64,000 nucleotides of DNA from an uncultured virus (IMG/VR IMGVR_UViG_3300047322_000261) (taxonomy: Duplodnaviria > Heunggongvirae > Uroviricota > Caudoviricetes). Shown piece by piece: positions 37,867 through 48,638 of the stretch. The stretch lies in IMG/VR virus record IMGVR_UViG_3300047322_000261; one strand, given 5' to 3'. How positions within the stretch are numbered: the stretch's first letter is position 1; the number at the start of each line of letters is the position of its first letter. A model generated the notes under the pieces. That model did not search any database and was not told the origin of the DNA. It saw only the letters and a program-made list of their open reading frames with translations. The position numbers were made by a program, and so were the translations under genes.

Positions 37867-38191
37867 TGGTATCAAGATAGTAGACTGGTAGTCCAAGAAA
37901 CTCAGCCAATGACTTCTCTACAGCTACACCCTTGGACTTCTCCCATTCGGGCATTAACCAGATGTTATCAACCTTGGTTATGGCTTCACAATCTCGTAAG
38001 ATCATCTGCCGGATTAGCTCAGGTGTTACTTCGTCTGTCTCTGGATTAAAGCCAGCCTCTCGATCTAAGGTAGCTGGACTAACAACGGTGTAGCCTTGTT
38101 TCTCTAATAGCTCTGCGTATCTATCAAACGCGGGAAAGTTATAGTGTTCATAGCCCCTCATTGGGCCAGCTAGGTAGCATCTTGGTTTCAT
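37859..38191 (-). CDS. DUF4406 / nucleoside deoxyribosyltransferase-like protein
   Basis: YLAGPMRG...NFPAF...D.I..MP.WE.S.G...E...A..LGL.V. Confidence 0.8.
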   Translation of the reverse strand: MKPRCYLAGPMRGYEHYNFPAFDRYAELLEKQGYTVVSPATLDREAGFNPETDEVTPELIRQMILRDCEAITKVDNIWLMPEWEKSKGVAVEKSLAEFLGLPVYYLDTNE

Positions 38192-38607
38192 TTGATTTCG
38201 TATTCTAAGTAAGGGGGTATAACAGCCGCCCAGTGTTTCATTTGTCTTTTGGTTCCGGCATAGATATCTATGACTGGACACTTGCCATGACTGGCCTTTC
38301 TTCGCTCAACTGCGCTTCCTCTGTCTTCGACGGTAAATACCCCGCTCCCAATAAATCCAGCCAGCGCAGGAAAGAACACCTTTGTGCCAAACGGGAAACA
38401 GCACGACTCAGCCGCGACCGTTCTCGCCACCTTTGCGCGTCTTCTGTTGCTTGCAGCAATTCTATCTCCATATTTGTCTTCGTGTTTGTTATACAGGGTA
38501 ACTCTAGCTACCCCATGACTAGCTGCCTTGTTTGCAACTGTAGCCACAGTTGAGCAGCCTGCTAGCCAGCAGGCCAAGACAGCTAGACATAAAATTGTTA
38601 GTCTCAT
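38188..38607 (-). CDS. 3D-domain (cell-wall hydrolase-like) lipoprotein
   Basis: Lipobox LAGC; TVAA...PFGTKV...VEDRGSAV...IDIY. Confidence 0.75.
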   Translation of the reverse strand: MRLTILCLAVLACWLAGCSTVATVANKAASHGVARVTLYNKHEDKYGDRIAASNRRRAKVARTVAAESCCFPFGTKVFFPALAGFIGSGVFTVEDRGSAVERRKASHGKCPVIDIYAGTKRQMKHWAAVIPPYLEYEIK

Positions 38608-41397
38608 TTCGTTTTTGTTACTTTTATACCTGCCCTGCGGCGAGCCGCATAAGTGCGCCTAGTATCAACCACAACTCTGCGTTGAAGCTTCCCGTTCCTA
38701 ACACGATAATCAGTCTTATGAACCATGCAGCACCCGCAGCACATTTCGTGGTTTCCTCGCCAATCCCAATCTTCCCATTCTCCATCGTATACCTGCTCAA
38801 ATCTTTTCATAGAAAGAGCTAGCTAGTGAGGGCTAGCTAGCTCGATTATGTTAGATATCCACTTCCTCTGGTGTTGGGTCTTTGGTTTCCAACTTGGTCT
38901 TAAGCTGAAGCACAAGAGCGTCCCTAGCTGCTGTCTTGCTCTGTCCGTAGGCCATTAGGCAATCCGATTTATCTGGAAGCAAAGACCATGCTTTCCAAGA
39001 ATAGCCCGTTCCAGAGATTCCGCGACCGTCTGCGTTGCTCTGATATGTGTAGTTTACTGTTACTTTCATTTTACCTTTCTGTTTGTTGTTACTTGTTAAA
39101 TATCTCCGTTTTCGTTTAGTTTGTGTATCTCGTATGGCATAACATACTGGATAAAAAATACCTGCCAAGCTAACTCCCTAGCTCTCTGCCAAGCTGGACT
39201 AACTTTGTCTCCTGTTACTTCGGAATAGATTTCATCAGCCGTAGTCCATCGTGGATTCTTTTTCCATTTGGCTACCATGTCGTTGTAGTAGAAGTAACAA
39301 CGTTCTCCTGCCGTTCTAGGGCATCTTTTTGTTGCCAATTCCCTTCTGTCTTTTAGTGATATGAATGGCATTAGTTATCCTTGTTGCTAATCTTGAGCCT
39401 ATCGTAGACTTGGAATGAGTTATCCCTAGAAGACAGGTTGAAGTGCAAAACGTCGTTCCTTGGCCCACCTGTTGAAATGGTATACTCAACCATTCCTTCT
39501 CCTAGGTCTTTCTTGGCCATTATCCTCATGTCGTCCATGTTATACCTGTATTCTCCGCAAGCTACCATTAGGCATGTTAGCAGTATTAGTGTTGCTTTCA
39601 ATGTATATTAGCCTTTCTTGTTTTAGTGAATGGGTCTTTCTCTGCCAGTAAGCCGTATTTGCGGTAGCTAACAGATCGCTTAGACATTGGGTTAGCGTTC
39701 TTACTTCTAGTGCCCCTAAGCGACGCCCAACTAGAGCCTTTGTTCTTCCACAGTTTTTCGGTTTTGTATGCCCTGCCTGTCATGTTTCAATTCCTTAAAG
39801 TATTTCCTGCCTAGCTCAAGAGTAGTTACTAACTCTCCGGTGCTAGGAACCCGATCAAAGGTTGGGTCAAACCTGATTATTGCTACTCCGTTATCAGCGG
39901 TTACATCAAAGAACCGCATGTTAAATGGTCTATTCATTGGTTGTTTCTCCGAGCGATACATGCGCCTAGCCTCGTCGTATTCTTCTTCTATGATTTCTAG
40001 GTCTTTACCAGTCACTCCATCTTTGAGAGCATTAACGAACATTTTATCACAATGCTCCATCCAAGCTTCCGTGTCACTCATTCTCCGCAGCACCCTTCTA
40101 TTACTCGTTCTCTACACATAGCTGACACGCATATAGCATGACCGTTTCTTACTATAACAGGCCTGCTACACACCGGACATACATCTAGGACAGCTTGGCG
40201 CGGCAAGCTGGTAGCTACCGCGCACTCTTTAGCTGCCTCTAGGATTATGTCTAGCGCGTCATCTACTGGTGGTAGATCGTGGTTCATTAGAAATCACTTC
40301 CTGCGCCTGCTCCACCAAAATCCCCGCCACCGCTATCAAACGAGCTATCTGGTGTTGGGTCTGGTGTGGTATCGAAGCTAGGACTGTCATCTGAGCTAGA
40401 CAACATAGAACCTATGCCGATAGCTGCCCCTAGCAAGCCAGAGCTAGAATCCTCGCGATCTGTTTCATCGGACTCCTGTGTGTCACCGAGATAGAATCGC
40501 TCAGCTTCGTCGAACGATCTACATACCCTGCTACTGCCATACTTAACGCATGTTACGTTTTCTTCGGCATGGTTAAGAAACCATACCCTTGCTTCCTCTA
40601 CTGTATTTACCGTATCCATTACTTATCCTTTCTTGTTATCTTTTTTGCTGCCGCAACTGCAAGATGAGTTATTTCTACTACAACCATCCCTGCGGCAAAA
40701 TATAGCCAGCACAAGCTAGAGTCACTCATTGATTCTCTCTATTGAGGCATCTGCCCATGCGCTGATTAACTTACGCCTGTCGGTTGGTGTTAGTGGTTTT
40801 GTTGTAACATGCCATTCGCCGTTCTCTTGCCTGACTTGATACCCAACCCCTTGCTTGTTACAGACCTTGGAGAATTTTACGAAGTTATCGTTCGTAAAAA
40901 AATGCAGGTTAACTGGTCGTTCTTCGCTCATGTTACTTCCTTTAGAAATATTGGCCTGACTTCAAATAACCTAGAGTCTCTGTAAGCTTCTAGCCTTTTC
41001 TTGGCAGCGCGAGAGAAACCAAACACCTGCGCCTTTTGTAAGTCATCTGTCATGTGTCCACCAGACCCTATGTATTGATTAACTGGGACTGGTGGGCCTT
41101 TCTCAATCCATTTTGATACATCGTAGTCATAATATGATAAATCCAGTTTTGCTTTCTGGAATACTACGGACAGTATTGGCTTATAGCTCATGAGCCACGC
41201 TCCCACGTTTCGGGAGTTTCGTTGTCATGGCTGTGATCTTTCCAATCAACGGCCAAGGTTGTCCTAGGTGGCGTGTCTGATTGCTTAACCTTATGGTATA
41301 GCAACAACACTCTTGGGTCTGGCGACCTGCTAGCCAATATGAGTTGCTCTAATACCGACTGCTCGGCTTCGTTTATCCTAATTACCTTGCTGGTCAT
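38604..41397 (-). CDS. Run of about 11 small hypothetical ORFs (38604..38810, 38851..~39069, 39096..39371, 39371..39601 lipoprotein-like, 39598..39783, 39731..~40078, 40078..40287, 40287..40619, 40722..40931, 40928..41206, 41188..41397)
   Basis: Coupled ORFs; 39096..39371 has MPFI...PYE..K..ENGDI; 40287..40619 ends in DSGGGDFGGAGAG. Confidence 0.55.
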
Positions 41398-42155
41398 TTA
41401 TTCCTTCCTAGGTATGCTTTGTAAGCTATGTTAGGTATCATGTAATACTTTCCACAGTCGCTATCCAGACAGTGCATCTGGTGCTTAGTGGTTCCCGTTC
41501 TACCTACCATTAATCGGATATGTCCAACATGCTCGCTGCCGCAACGCTGGCAAGACCAACGTTCTCCACCATCCTGCACTCCGGCATGGGTATGCAATGG
41601 GCAGTATAGGCTTAGCTTACTATGCACTGGCTTAAGTAGGTGCGCGTCATGCTTGTTATACCTACGCATCTTTTCTACCGCAGCTTTTGAATGACGGTCA
41701 TTGCCCTTAGTGGCATCCTTCCATAAGTCATACTCTGTCCTGATCTTGGTTCCTATACCTAAGTAGTGGGCAAGATAGTCGAGTTTATTAGAGTTGAGGA
41801 AGAAGTAATTAGAAGACCAAGCTTTCGTGTCTACGGACTTCCAGTTAGGGACTACAATTCCATGTTTTAATGCCCTACCCCTAACCCAAGGAATATCAAA
41901 TCCGTCGCCATAGTGGGCTACGATTTCGTCTGCCTCGTTCATTTCGCCAGTTAGGTCTTTTACTAACTGTTCGTCTTCTCGGTTCTTATCCCATGCAAGA
42001 TCGTGGATTTTGTTCTTGCCTTCCCAGTTAAACGCTGCCGTAATGATGCGACGTTCCTCTAGGATTTGTTCGTAAGAGATATTGACCTTGTATCCGGCAG
42101 ACCAGAAGAAACCTACATTTGGGCAGGTTTCAATGTCTAAGAATAGTCGCTTCAT
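41394..42155 (-). CDS. RNase H-fold (YprB/DnaQ-like) exonuclease with C-terminal Zn ribbon
   Basis: LFLDIET, HYGDGFD, SNKLDYLA, YNKHD, CQRCGS. Confidence 0.85.
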   Translation of the reverse strand: MKRLFLDIETCPNVGFFWSAGYKVNISYEQILEERRIITAAFNWEGKNKIHDLAWDKNREDEQLVKDLTGEMNEADEIVAHYGDGFDIPWVRGRALKHGIVVPNWKSVDTKAWSSNYFFLNSNKLDYLAHYLGIGTKIRTEYDLWKDATKGNDRHSKAAVEKMRRYNKHDAHLLKPVHSKLSLYCPLHTHAGVQDGGERWSCQRCGSEHVGHIRLMVGRTGTTKHQMHCLDSDCGKYYMIPNIAYKAYLGRNK

Positions 42156-42158
42156 TTG

Positions 42159-42498
42159 CTAGTTACTGGCTTTACATTGGCCTTGATCTTTGGCCGTGAC
42201 GGAAACAGAAGCGTCCCTAATGGTCGCTGGTGTCGTTGGTTTGCAAAGGCATAACTTGTTGCCCTTGGTCGCTTTGTTCTTTTCTTCATAGTATTGGTGC
42301 AGCCATAAGACCGCTATAAATAGTATTGATGCTAGAATACATCCACATATTGGGCCGAAAACGGAAATCAATAAACATGATACCGTCATGGTTAGTAAAA
42401 CTTTAGCGTGAATCATTCTTGCCTATGTAGTATAATGCAATGACAACTATAGACACCACTAAGACCAATCCACAGCAAGCTGCCATAGTCCAGAACAT
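42159..42498 (-). CDS. Two small membrane proteins (42159..42416; 42403..42498, 31 aa)
   Basis: Hydrophobic segments; the second is MFWTMAACCGLVLVVSIVVIALYYIGKNDSR. Confidence 0.45.
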
Positions 42499-42549
42499 AT
42501 CTACATCTGTCGTTCGCTCTGTAATTATTTGAACCGTTTGTGCTATCAT

Positions 42550-42644
42550 AAAAAGCTGCGCCGACTAGGTGAAAACAATGAAACTCCTAATCGGCGCGAG
42601 GGGCGTGGAGAGAGTTGGAGAAGATTGAAATACTCTCTGACCAC
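42550..42644 (-). ncRNA. Candidate two-hairpin small RNA with related 16-nt loops and U-tail
   Basis: Hairpins at 42605-42644 and 42558-42597; the U-G wobble works only on the minus strand; starts at the predicted TSS of promoter copy 5. Confidence 0.65.
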
Positions 42645-42649
42645 AACTA

Positions 42650-42683
42650 AACCTAGCACATGATCCTAGATCGACAACGGAAA
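42650..42683 (-). promoter_or_regulatory. Conserved promoter motif, copy 5 (TTTCCGTTG-N19-TAGGTT)
   Basis: Identical spacing; extended TG. Confidence 0.8.
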
Positions 42684-43618
42684 TTATTTAGGAACCTTCA
42701 ACCCCGATAGGCCTTTGCGCCTTCTGCCCATTGCCTTGAATCGCAACGCCAAAGATTTTCGTGCTGGCGTGCAAGTTTTCTTGGTCATGGGGGTGCAATA
42801 GCCTTCGTGCTTAGGGTTAACCGCTCCCGCTATCCAGTTTTTCTTACTCATAACTTCCATCCTCGTTGTAATACTTAATAGGCCTGCCCCTAGTGCCAGC
42901 TTCCCATCGCTTAGCACCTATGTATTTACGCTGGTTAAGTCGTCTATCTATTGTGCAGGATTCGCAAAGAACGCGCCCACGCTGGCGTTTATTCTTACAG
43001 CGTGCGCAAATACCATTACGGTAGCGTTGCTTCCGATACGCCTTCTGCCTGTTTTTGCGGGACTGGTCGTTCATTCTCTCGTTTAGGTTGTGGGATAGGC
43101 GCACCACGATCACTCCATCCGGCTGCTCCACTACCTATCTCTGGTGGTAAGTCTTTAATCGGTGCTGGCTGCTCAACGTAAGGAACGTCCTGACCGTTCA
43201 CCTTCTTGATCTTCATGGGTGGCAACGGTTGAGTATTGATGCGTCCGGGTCGAGTCATGTTAACTCCAAAGTTTTGTTCTGTTGGGTCTGCCTCAATCCA
43301 GTCAGGCGAGCTACCACCAGCAGATACCGCTCGTCCACCACCAAATTGCGGTTGAACCTTTGGTAGATTATTGGGTAAGTGTGTTAGTGGGTCAATGTCT
43401 GGTTCTGTAGCTGCCGGAATAGGGTCTACCGCTACATGTGGCTCTGGTTCTGGTGCGCTAAGCTGCCTAAGTGTTTCCTCGGCTATTAAGACTTTCTCTA
43501 CTGCCTTCATGGGAATAGAGCCTGTCTTAAGCCAGCGAGCTACCGTAGCTTCCTTTGTGTCGAAAAACGAAGGAGCTTTGTCTCCTAGTTTCTTAATAAA
43601 CTCTCTGATGTTAGTCAT
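42684..43618 (-). CDS. Three hypothetical ORFs (42684..~42851; 42844..~43076 with CxxC...CxxC; 43016..43618 with N-terminal HTH-like segment)
   Basis: KKNWIAGAV motif; CARC...CESC; ATVARWLKTGSIP. Confidence 0.5.
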
Positions 43619-44901
43619 TATCGTAATACTCCTGCTCCTGTTAATAGATCACTTAATGCCTTACCGTCTGGAATCCGTAACAGGTCTTTAGGTGAAGGTA
43701 TGGTTGGCGCAGGTGGTGGCGTTAGGTCGCCTGCTTGCGACGTGCTACCCGCTGCCTTGATTTTGTTAACGTATTCCTGCAAGCTAGTTACCTGAGCCTG
43801 TAGGTCTTTATTGACAGCCGCTAATACATCCGCTTGTGTAGCCTTAACTACAATGCGACCTGATACCTTCGGGTCTTGTGAAGTCTTGATGTATTCGGCA
43901 AACTTTGCTTCGGCCTGCTTAATCCGAGCGTTGTGGTTGTCTGCTACCAAGCGTTCCTCTGCTGTCATGGTTGGTAACACCGCGATAGGTTTAGCTATGT
44001 CTCCTAGCTCAGCTAGAGCCTCGTCACGTCCGGCGTTAAACTCGGTTGTAAATTTCTCTACCTTGGCTTTGTAGCGTTCCTCGCCTTGGCTATGGAAGGC
44101 CTGTAATTCTTTGTTTGCTTTATCCTGAGTGTTAAGAGCGTTGGTTAGCTCGCCTAATGCTCGGTTCCTGTGGAACATCGGAGTCCTAGCGAGTAACTCG
44201 TCGTTAATCCATTGCTGTGCTGTTAGGCCTTTGTCTTCGTCAACGACTTGGTTAGACCTAGACATAGCTACAATGCCACCGTGGTCTTCGATGAACTTAA
44301 CGTGTTCATCCTTAAGTCCAGCTTCTCGCAGGATGTTAATGATGTTACCTTCAGCTTCCCTAACTGGCTGGATGTAGTTCTTCTGAAACTCAGGGTCTAG
44401 CTTAAGGTCTACTTCTCGACGAAACCCTCTTAGCTCGTCCAGTTCTTTCTTAACGTCTTCTGGAATAGACGGTGTGTTAGCCTTGGCTTCATACTCAGCT
44501 AGTTTTGTGTTAGCTTCTTGGAATTTAATCTCGGCTTCTGTTCTAGCTTTGTGTTCCTCTCGGCTAATGCGCCTTAGCTCGTCCATCCCCTTGATAACAT
44601 TAGGGTGCGTGCGATCACCGGCCTTAATACCTTCAAGGGTCTGCTCAAACGGGTCTACCGGAGCAGCGGGGGCTGCTGGCGCGGCAGGATCAGTTGTAGG
44701 GGCTACTGGTGTTGGTGTTGGTGCTGTAACAACTGGTGCTACCGCTGGAACCTCTACCTTGTCGAATAACTCAGACAATGCCTTGAAGTTATCGGCTCCG
44801 TGTTGTGAATCCAAGTTATCGCCAGATGTAGCTGGCGGAGTAACATCTTGTGATGTTATCGGCTGGATAGTTGGGGTTGCGGGTGTGGTTGTGTCTGCCA
44901 T
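43618..44901 (-). CDS. Putative capsid scaffolding protein
   Basis: Pro/Ala/Thr-rich acidic N-terminus, long coiled coil, downstream of the portal-like gene. Confidence 0.55.
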   Translation of the reverse strand: MADTTTPATPTIQPITSQDVTPPATSGDNLDSQHGADNFKALSELFDKVEVPAVAPVVTAPTPTPVAPTTDPAAPAAPAAPVDPFEQTLEGIKAGDRTHPNVIKGMDELRRISREEHKARTEAEIKFQEANTKLAEYEAKANTPSIPEDVKKELDELRGFRREVDLKLDPEFQKNYIQPVREAEGNIINILREAGLKDEHVKFIEDHGGIVAMSRSNQVVDEDKGLTAQQWINDELLARTPMFHRNRALGELTNALNTQDKANKELQAFHSQGEERYKAKVEKFTTEFNAGRDEALAELGDIAKPIAVLPTMTAEERLVADNHNARIKQAEAKFAEYIKTSQDPKVSGRIVVKATQADVLAAVNKDLQAQVTSLQEYVNKIKAAGSTSQAGDLTPPPAPTIPSPKDLLRIPDGKALSDLLTGAGVLR

Positions 44902-44902
44902 A

Positions 44903-45387
44903 TTATGTGTTCTTTGATTGTTCTACCGTATAAAGGCCTTTATAGTCACACCATGCGTTTACAGCCTGTTCGTCGGTCATCATCATAGGGTTTTGAACCC
45001 TGTATTGAGAGTAACATTGCCTAACTTCTGTTTCAGGGTGGTCTCGGTAAGGAGCGGCCCAGCTTTGAGCTAGGACTTCGCGCTGTTTGCGATCTTTTCG
45101 CCATGCTAGAAATTCTTGAAATAGGTTCATTAGTCTCCCTCTCTCGTTAGGTCGAGAGCTTCATTGTCTCTGTATTCAGCAGGAGCGGAATCAGCTAAGG
45201 CTAGGAACTTGTTAAACAAATTCTCCGCACCTTGTTTTTCTACTGCCTGAATCCATGCTGATTCTTTAGTTAGTGCCTTTACTTTAGGTATAAGGTTTCG
45301 TAGTTCTTCTACGAGTTTTCGTCCTGACGGTTGACCTAGAATGTTTCTAAGCCAAGCTTCGTCTGCTGGTTCCCAGTTAACTTGCAT
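44903..45387 (-). CDS. Two small proteins between portal and scaffold (44903..45130, 45130..45387)
   Basis: The second (L....G.KL...L) resembles small head-module proteins that follow portal genes. Confidence 0.5.
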
Positions 45388-45401
45388 ATTTTGACAACTC
45401 T

Positions 45402-45431
45402 AAGATAGCTTATTGTGCAATGCCTTGTCAA
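45402..45431 (-). promoter_or_regulatory. TTGACA-N18-TATCTT promoter
   Basis: -35 overlaps the portal stop codon; same geometry at 48759, 50146 and 50420. Confidence 0.6.
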
Positions 45432-47881
45432 ACGGCATTAGGTGAGTCTGGTGTAGGTGGTTCTGGCGTCGGTTGAACACCGCCCGGAGGGGCTGGTATA
45501 CCTTGCTGTGGTAACTGTGGTGCTGCCTGTGTTACAGCTTTGTCTGCTATCTTCTCTGGAAGGTCTGGGTGCTTGTAGACAGCTTCCTTAGCTGCCTCTA
45601 CGTCTGCCTCATTTGGGTCTGCTGGCTGTAACCCTAGTATCTGCTCGATCTGCCGCTTAATAGAGCCTACGGTGTTAGGATACAGCGAGACTAACACCTT
45701 CATAACGTCAGGGCTAACCGGATTCTGTTGTGCCTGCTGAGCCTGACCTTGGGCCTGTGCCTGTTGGTCTTGCTGTTGGGCCATACCCTGCGCTGTCTTA
45801 ACTGACAGTTTCTTGAGTATAACATCTACCTGTTTAAGACCTTCGATGTATGGCTTAAGGGTCTTGGCGTCTCCACCAGCTTGCTGCCAAGCTTGTAGAT
45901 GGGCCTGCGCGTGCGTCAGGCCTGCCGCTAGCTTGCCTAAACCGTCTGGGGCTATGCCTACCTGCGATGCAGAAGATACTGCCTTAAGTAAGTCTGGTAT
46001 GATTACGTCTAGGTGGGTCTTATGGTTATCCCTAGGACTTACTGGCATACCGGGGCTACCCATGTTCATAGCCTCGGTTTCTAACATCTGCTCCCTCGCG
46101 GATTCTAGGATGTTAGCCGTTACATCTTTAGGTGGTAACACCAAGGCTTCCGCAATAGCTGGCGAAGCCATAGCAGAGATTGTTCTGATCTTCAACTCTC
46201 TTGTGTTAATGTCAGGGTCATTTGCGTATGCCTGAGACACCATTAAAATCTGTTGGTTCTGAATCTGCGTAAGGTCTTGAATAACTTCTGCGGCAGGGGC
46301 GTTGGCAAACTCCTGCATTTCCTCTTTAGTTATTCCGGCGTTGATTAGCTCGGCCTGTAGCTCTTTAGCTGCCTTATCTGTAGTCTGTGGGTCTAACAGC
46401 TTTCTCTGGATAGCTGATACTAAGTCTGCGAATTGACCCCAGAACCTAGATAAGAACGCTACCTTAGCTTCCGCTTCGCGTTGGTAGTCTACCGTGACTT
46501 CCTTAGCGGTTTTATCTCTCATCCCCTCGTTGTTAGTCAACTGGTTAGGGAGATACTGACCTACTCGCTGCTGAGCCAAGTCCATCATCTTAGCATCAGC
46601 GTCTAGGTATGCCTTTACGTTAGCCGAGATTTCTTGGTCTACAAACTGAGCGTCGGTTGTGGTAAGGATGAATGGGTGACGAACCTTAAACTGAACCTGT
46701 GGTGCGCGAGCGGCGTCGGCATGAAGGATCATAAGACCAGACATTTCTAGCTGGTCAAACATCCTGTTCCTAGCTCGCTCGATAGCTAGATGCTTGTTAA
46801 TAAGCTTCCTGCCGAGACCCTTGGAGCCATAGAACTTACCGTTACCGGGTTCTAGCGTGAATAACGTCAGTGCATCGTCTACCTTGTCAAACCTGTCTTC
46901 TTTCTTGAACAGAACTTCATGGTTCTTGTCCCGATACAAAATAAAGTGTGTTACTGGATTGTCTTTGCCTATGGTGTCCGTAGCTTCTACGGCTAATACG
47001 TGGGCTATCTTGATAACAGAGGCTCCAGCATAAGACGCACCACGATTACCTTCTCGTATACAGTCTTCGTAGGTTCGCTGGTTAGCTGGCTGGCTACCTT
47101 CCTGTGTTAGATTAATTGGTAGGGCTGCGTTAATAGCCATTACCGTATTGGCAATATCCCATCCTGCTGCCTGCGCGGCATCTTTATTTCGGATGAAGTT
47201 TACTAACTCATGGACTAACAAATCTTGTTTAGCTACTAGAAACTGAACCGTTCTGGCATGTTCGCCTGTTCCGTTAGGCAAAAAGGCCTGATCTGTGCGA
47301 AAGAATTTGGGCCACGGAGTATATGGGTCTAGGAACACCGCGAAACACCTACCGATTAAGACTAACTCTTGGCATAGTCCGGTGCAAAAAGTCTTCCAGT
47401 CAGGCCACCTACGAATGTATTTAGTCACCTTCTCTCGTAATATGCCAGTCTTACTACCCTTAGTTGGGTCTACTGGAGGTTGGCCAGTTTTAGGGTCATA
47501 TTCTCCCTTAGTATAGTCTGTGTTACACAAGGAAGCTGACGTTAGATACCTAGCTGAGTCAATGATAGCTATAGGAACGGGAGTTACCCTGTCCACAATA
47601 GATGACATAAATCCAGTAGGGAAATTGTATCTGTTAGATTGTCCCGCGTCTGCTAGTGCCTTGGGGTCGAACGGCTGACCGTCGTTATATTTGTTCCATA
47701 TAACAGCATCAGTGGTGTTGCGTTCTTGATTAGCCTTCTCGATCTCAGAAAATACGCGCCAAGCTTGCGCCCCATCTATGATAGCTCGCTGTGTTACCTT
47801 AACTTGGTCTGATACCTGAGTGGTATTTAGGAGACCGTCCTGCTTACTGTCTCCTATCTTAACGTCAGTTTGTATTGCCAT
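45428..47881 (-). CDS. Portal protein (probable)
   Basis: 817 aa, helical, TAKEV motif, Q/P-rich C-terminal tail; lies between terminase and scaffold. Confidence 0.7.
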   Translation of the reverse strand: MAIQTDVKIGDSKQDGLLNTTQVSDQVKVTQRAIIDGAQAWRVFSEIEKANQERNTTDAVIWNKYNDGQPFDPKALADAGQSNRYNFPTGFMSSIVDRVTPVPIAIIDSARYLTSASLCNTDYTKGEYDPKTGQPPVDPTKGSKTGILREKVTKYIRRWPDWKTFCTGLCQELVLIGRCFAVFLDPYTPWPKFFRTDQAFLPNGTGEHARTVQFLVAKQDLLVHELVNFIRNKDAAQAAGWDIANTVMAINAALPINLTQEGSQPANQRTYEDCIREGNRGASYAGASVIKIAHVLAVEATDTIGKDNPVTHFILYRDKNHEVLFKKEDRFDKVDDALTLFTLEPGNGKFYGSKGLGRKLINKHLAIERARNRMFDQLEMSGLMILHADAARAPQVQFKVRHPFILTTTDAQFVDQEISANVKAYLDADAKMMDLAQQRVGQYLPNQLTNNEGMRDKTAKEVTVDYQREAEAKVAFLSRFWGQFADLVSAIQRKLLDPQTTDKAAKELQAELINAGITKEEMQEFANAPAAEVIQDLTQIQNQQILMVSQAYANDPDINTRELKIRTISAMASPAIAEALVLPPKDVTANILESAREQMLETEAMNMGSPGMPVSPRDNHKTHLDVIIPDLLKAVSSASQVGIAPDGLGKLAAGLTHAQAHLQAWQQAGGDAKTLKPYIEGLKQVDVILKKLSVKTAQGMAQQQDQQAQAQGQAQQAQQNPVSPDVMKVLVSLYPNTVGSIKRQIEQILGLQPADPNEADVEAAKEAVYKHPDLPEKIADKAVTQAAPQLPQQGIPAPPGGVQPTPEPPTPDSPNAV

Positions 47882-48041
47882 TCAGGGGTTCTCTTTGTTC
47901 TTCGCACTTCTTCTGGTAAGCTTGCCAGTCTTTGATGACTTTCTTTTGTCGCCAATTAATTGAGTCGTAATTCTCGCGGTAATCCTTAGTTGATGGACGA
48001 GAGCGAATGTCGCTACCCGTAATCCAGCCTTGGCCTGTCAT
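47865..48041 (-). CDS. 58-aa hypothetical ORF (not in track)
   Basis: MTGQGWITGSDIRSRPSTKDYRENYDSINW... Confidence 0.5.
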   Translation of the reverse strand: MTGQGWITGSDIRSRPSTKDYRENYDSINWRQKKVIKDWQAYQKKCEEQREPLNGNTN

Positions 48042-48044
48042 AGT

Positions 48045-48638
48045 TTATGATACCTCTCTGTTGGTATTTTCGTCAATCTTTGAACACCAGCACTCGCTAG
48101 GTGTTAATCCTTTGTCTCTATTCTGTAGACAACTGGGAGCTAGATGGACTGCTGTTCTGTTATCCCACCCGCATACCTTGCAGGCCCCTAGGCTTTCGTC
48201 ATACGGGGTCGTCCTGCCTTGGCGGATAGCAAACAGCCCTCTAGCTGTTGAGTTAAAACACTCTATACACTCATCAGCGTAGTTAGTTACGTTATTAGGG
48301 CAAGCTACAGCTAGCGAGGCACGAGCATCTGCTACGTCCTGACTCACATACTTAACTGTTCCAAATTGCCTGCCTAGCAACCAATTAGTAACTCGCTCTC
48401 TTAGGCTTCTACCTTGTGCTGTTGCTTGCGTGTGAGTTACGGGAGCAGATACGCCCCTAGCTAGTTCTTCCTGAAGGGTGTCTGTGGGAAGGTTGTTATT
48501 TCTTCGGAACTCTAGGACTTCTTCGTAGAGTTTTTTCTTGCTTGTTGCTAGGAACGGTCGATTCGCTCCGTTCGGGAGTTTCTGTAGGAATCTCCACCCC
48601 CCTCCCGGTGGGACGACTGCCATTTCTGGATTGTTCAT
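48045..48638 (-). CDS. Cys-rich phage protein
   Basis: PPGGGWRF...CPNN...CIEC...CKVCG...CW. Confidence 0.6.
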   Translation of the reverse strand: MNNPEMAVVPPGGGWRFLQKLPNGANRPFLATSKKKLYEEVLEFRRNNNLPTDTLQEELARGVSAPVTHTQATAQGRSLRERVTNWLLGRQFGTVKYVSQDVADARASLAVACPNNVTNYADECIECFNSTARGLFAIRQGRTTPYDESLGACKVCGWDNRTAVHLAPSCLQNRDKGLTPSECWCSKIDENTNREVS

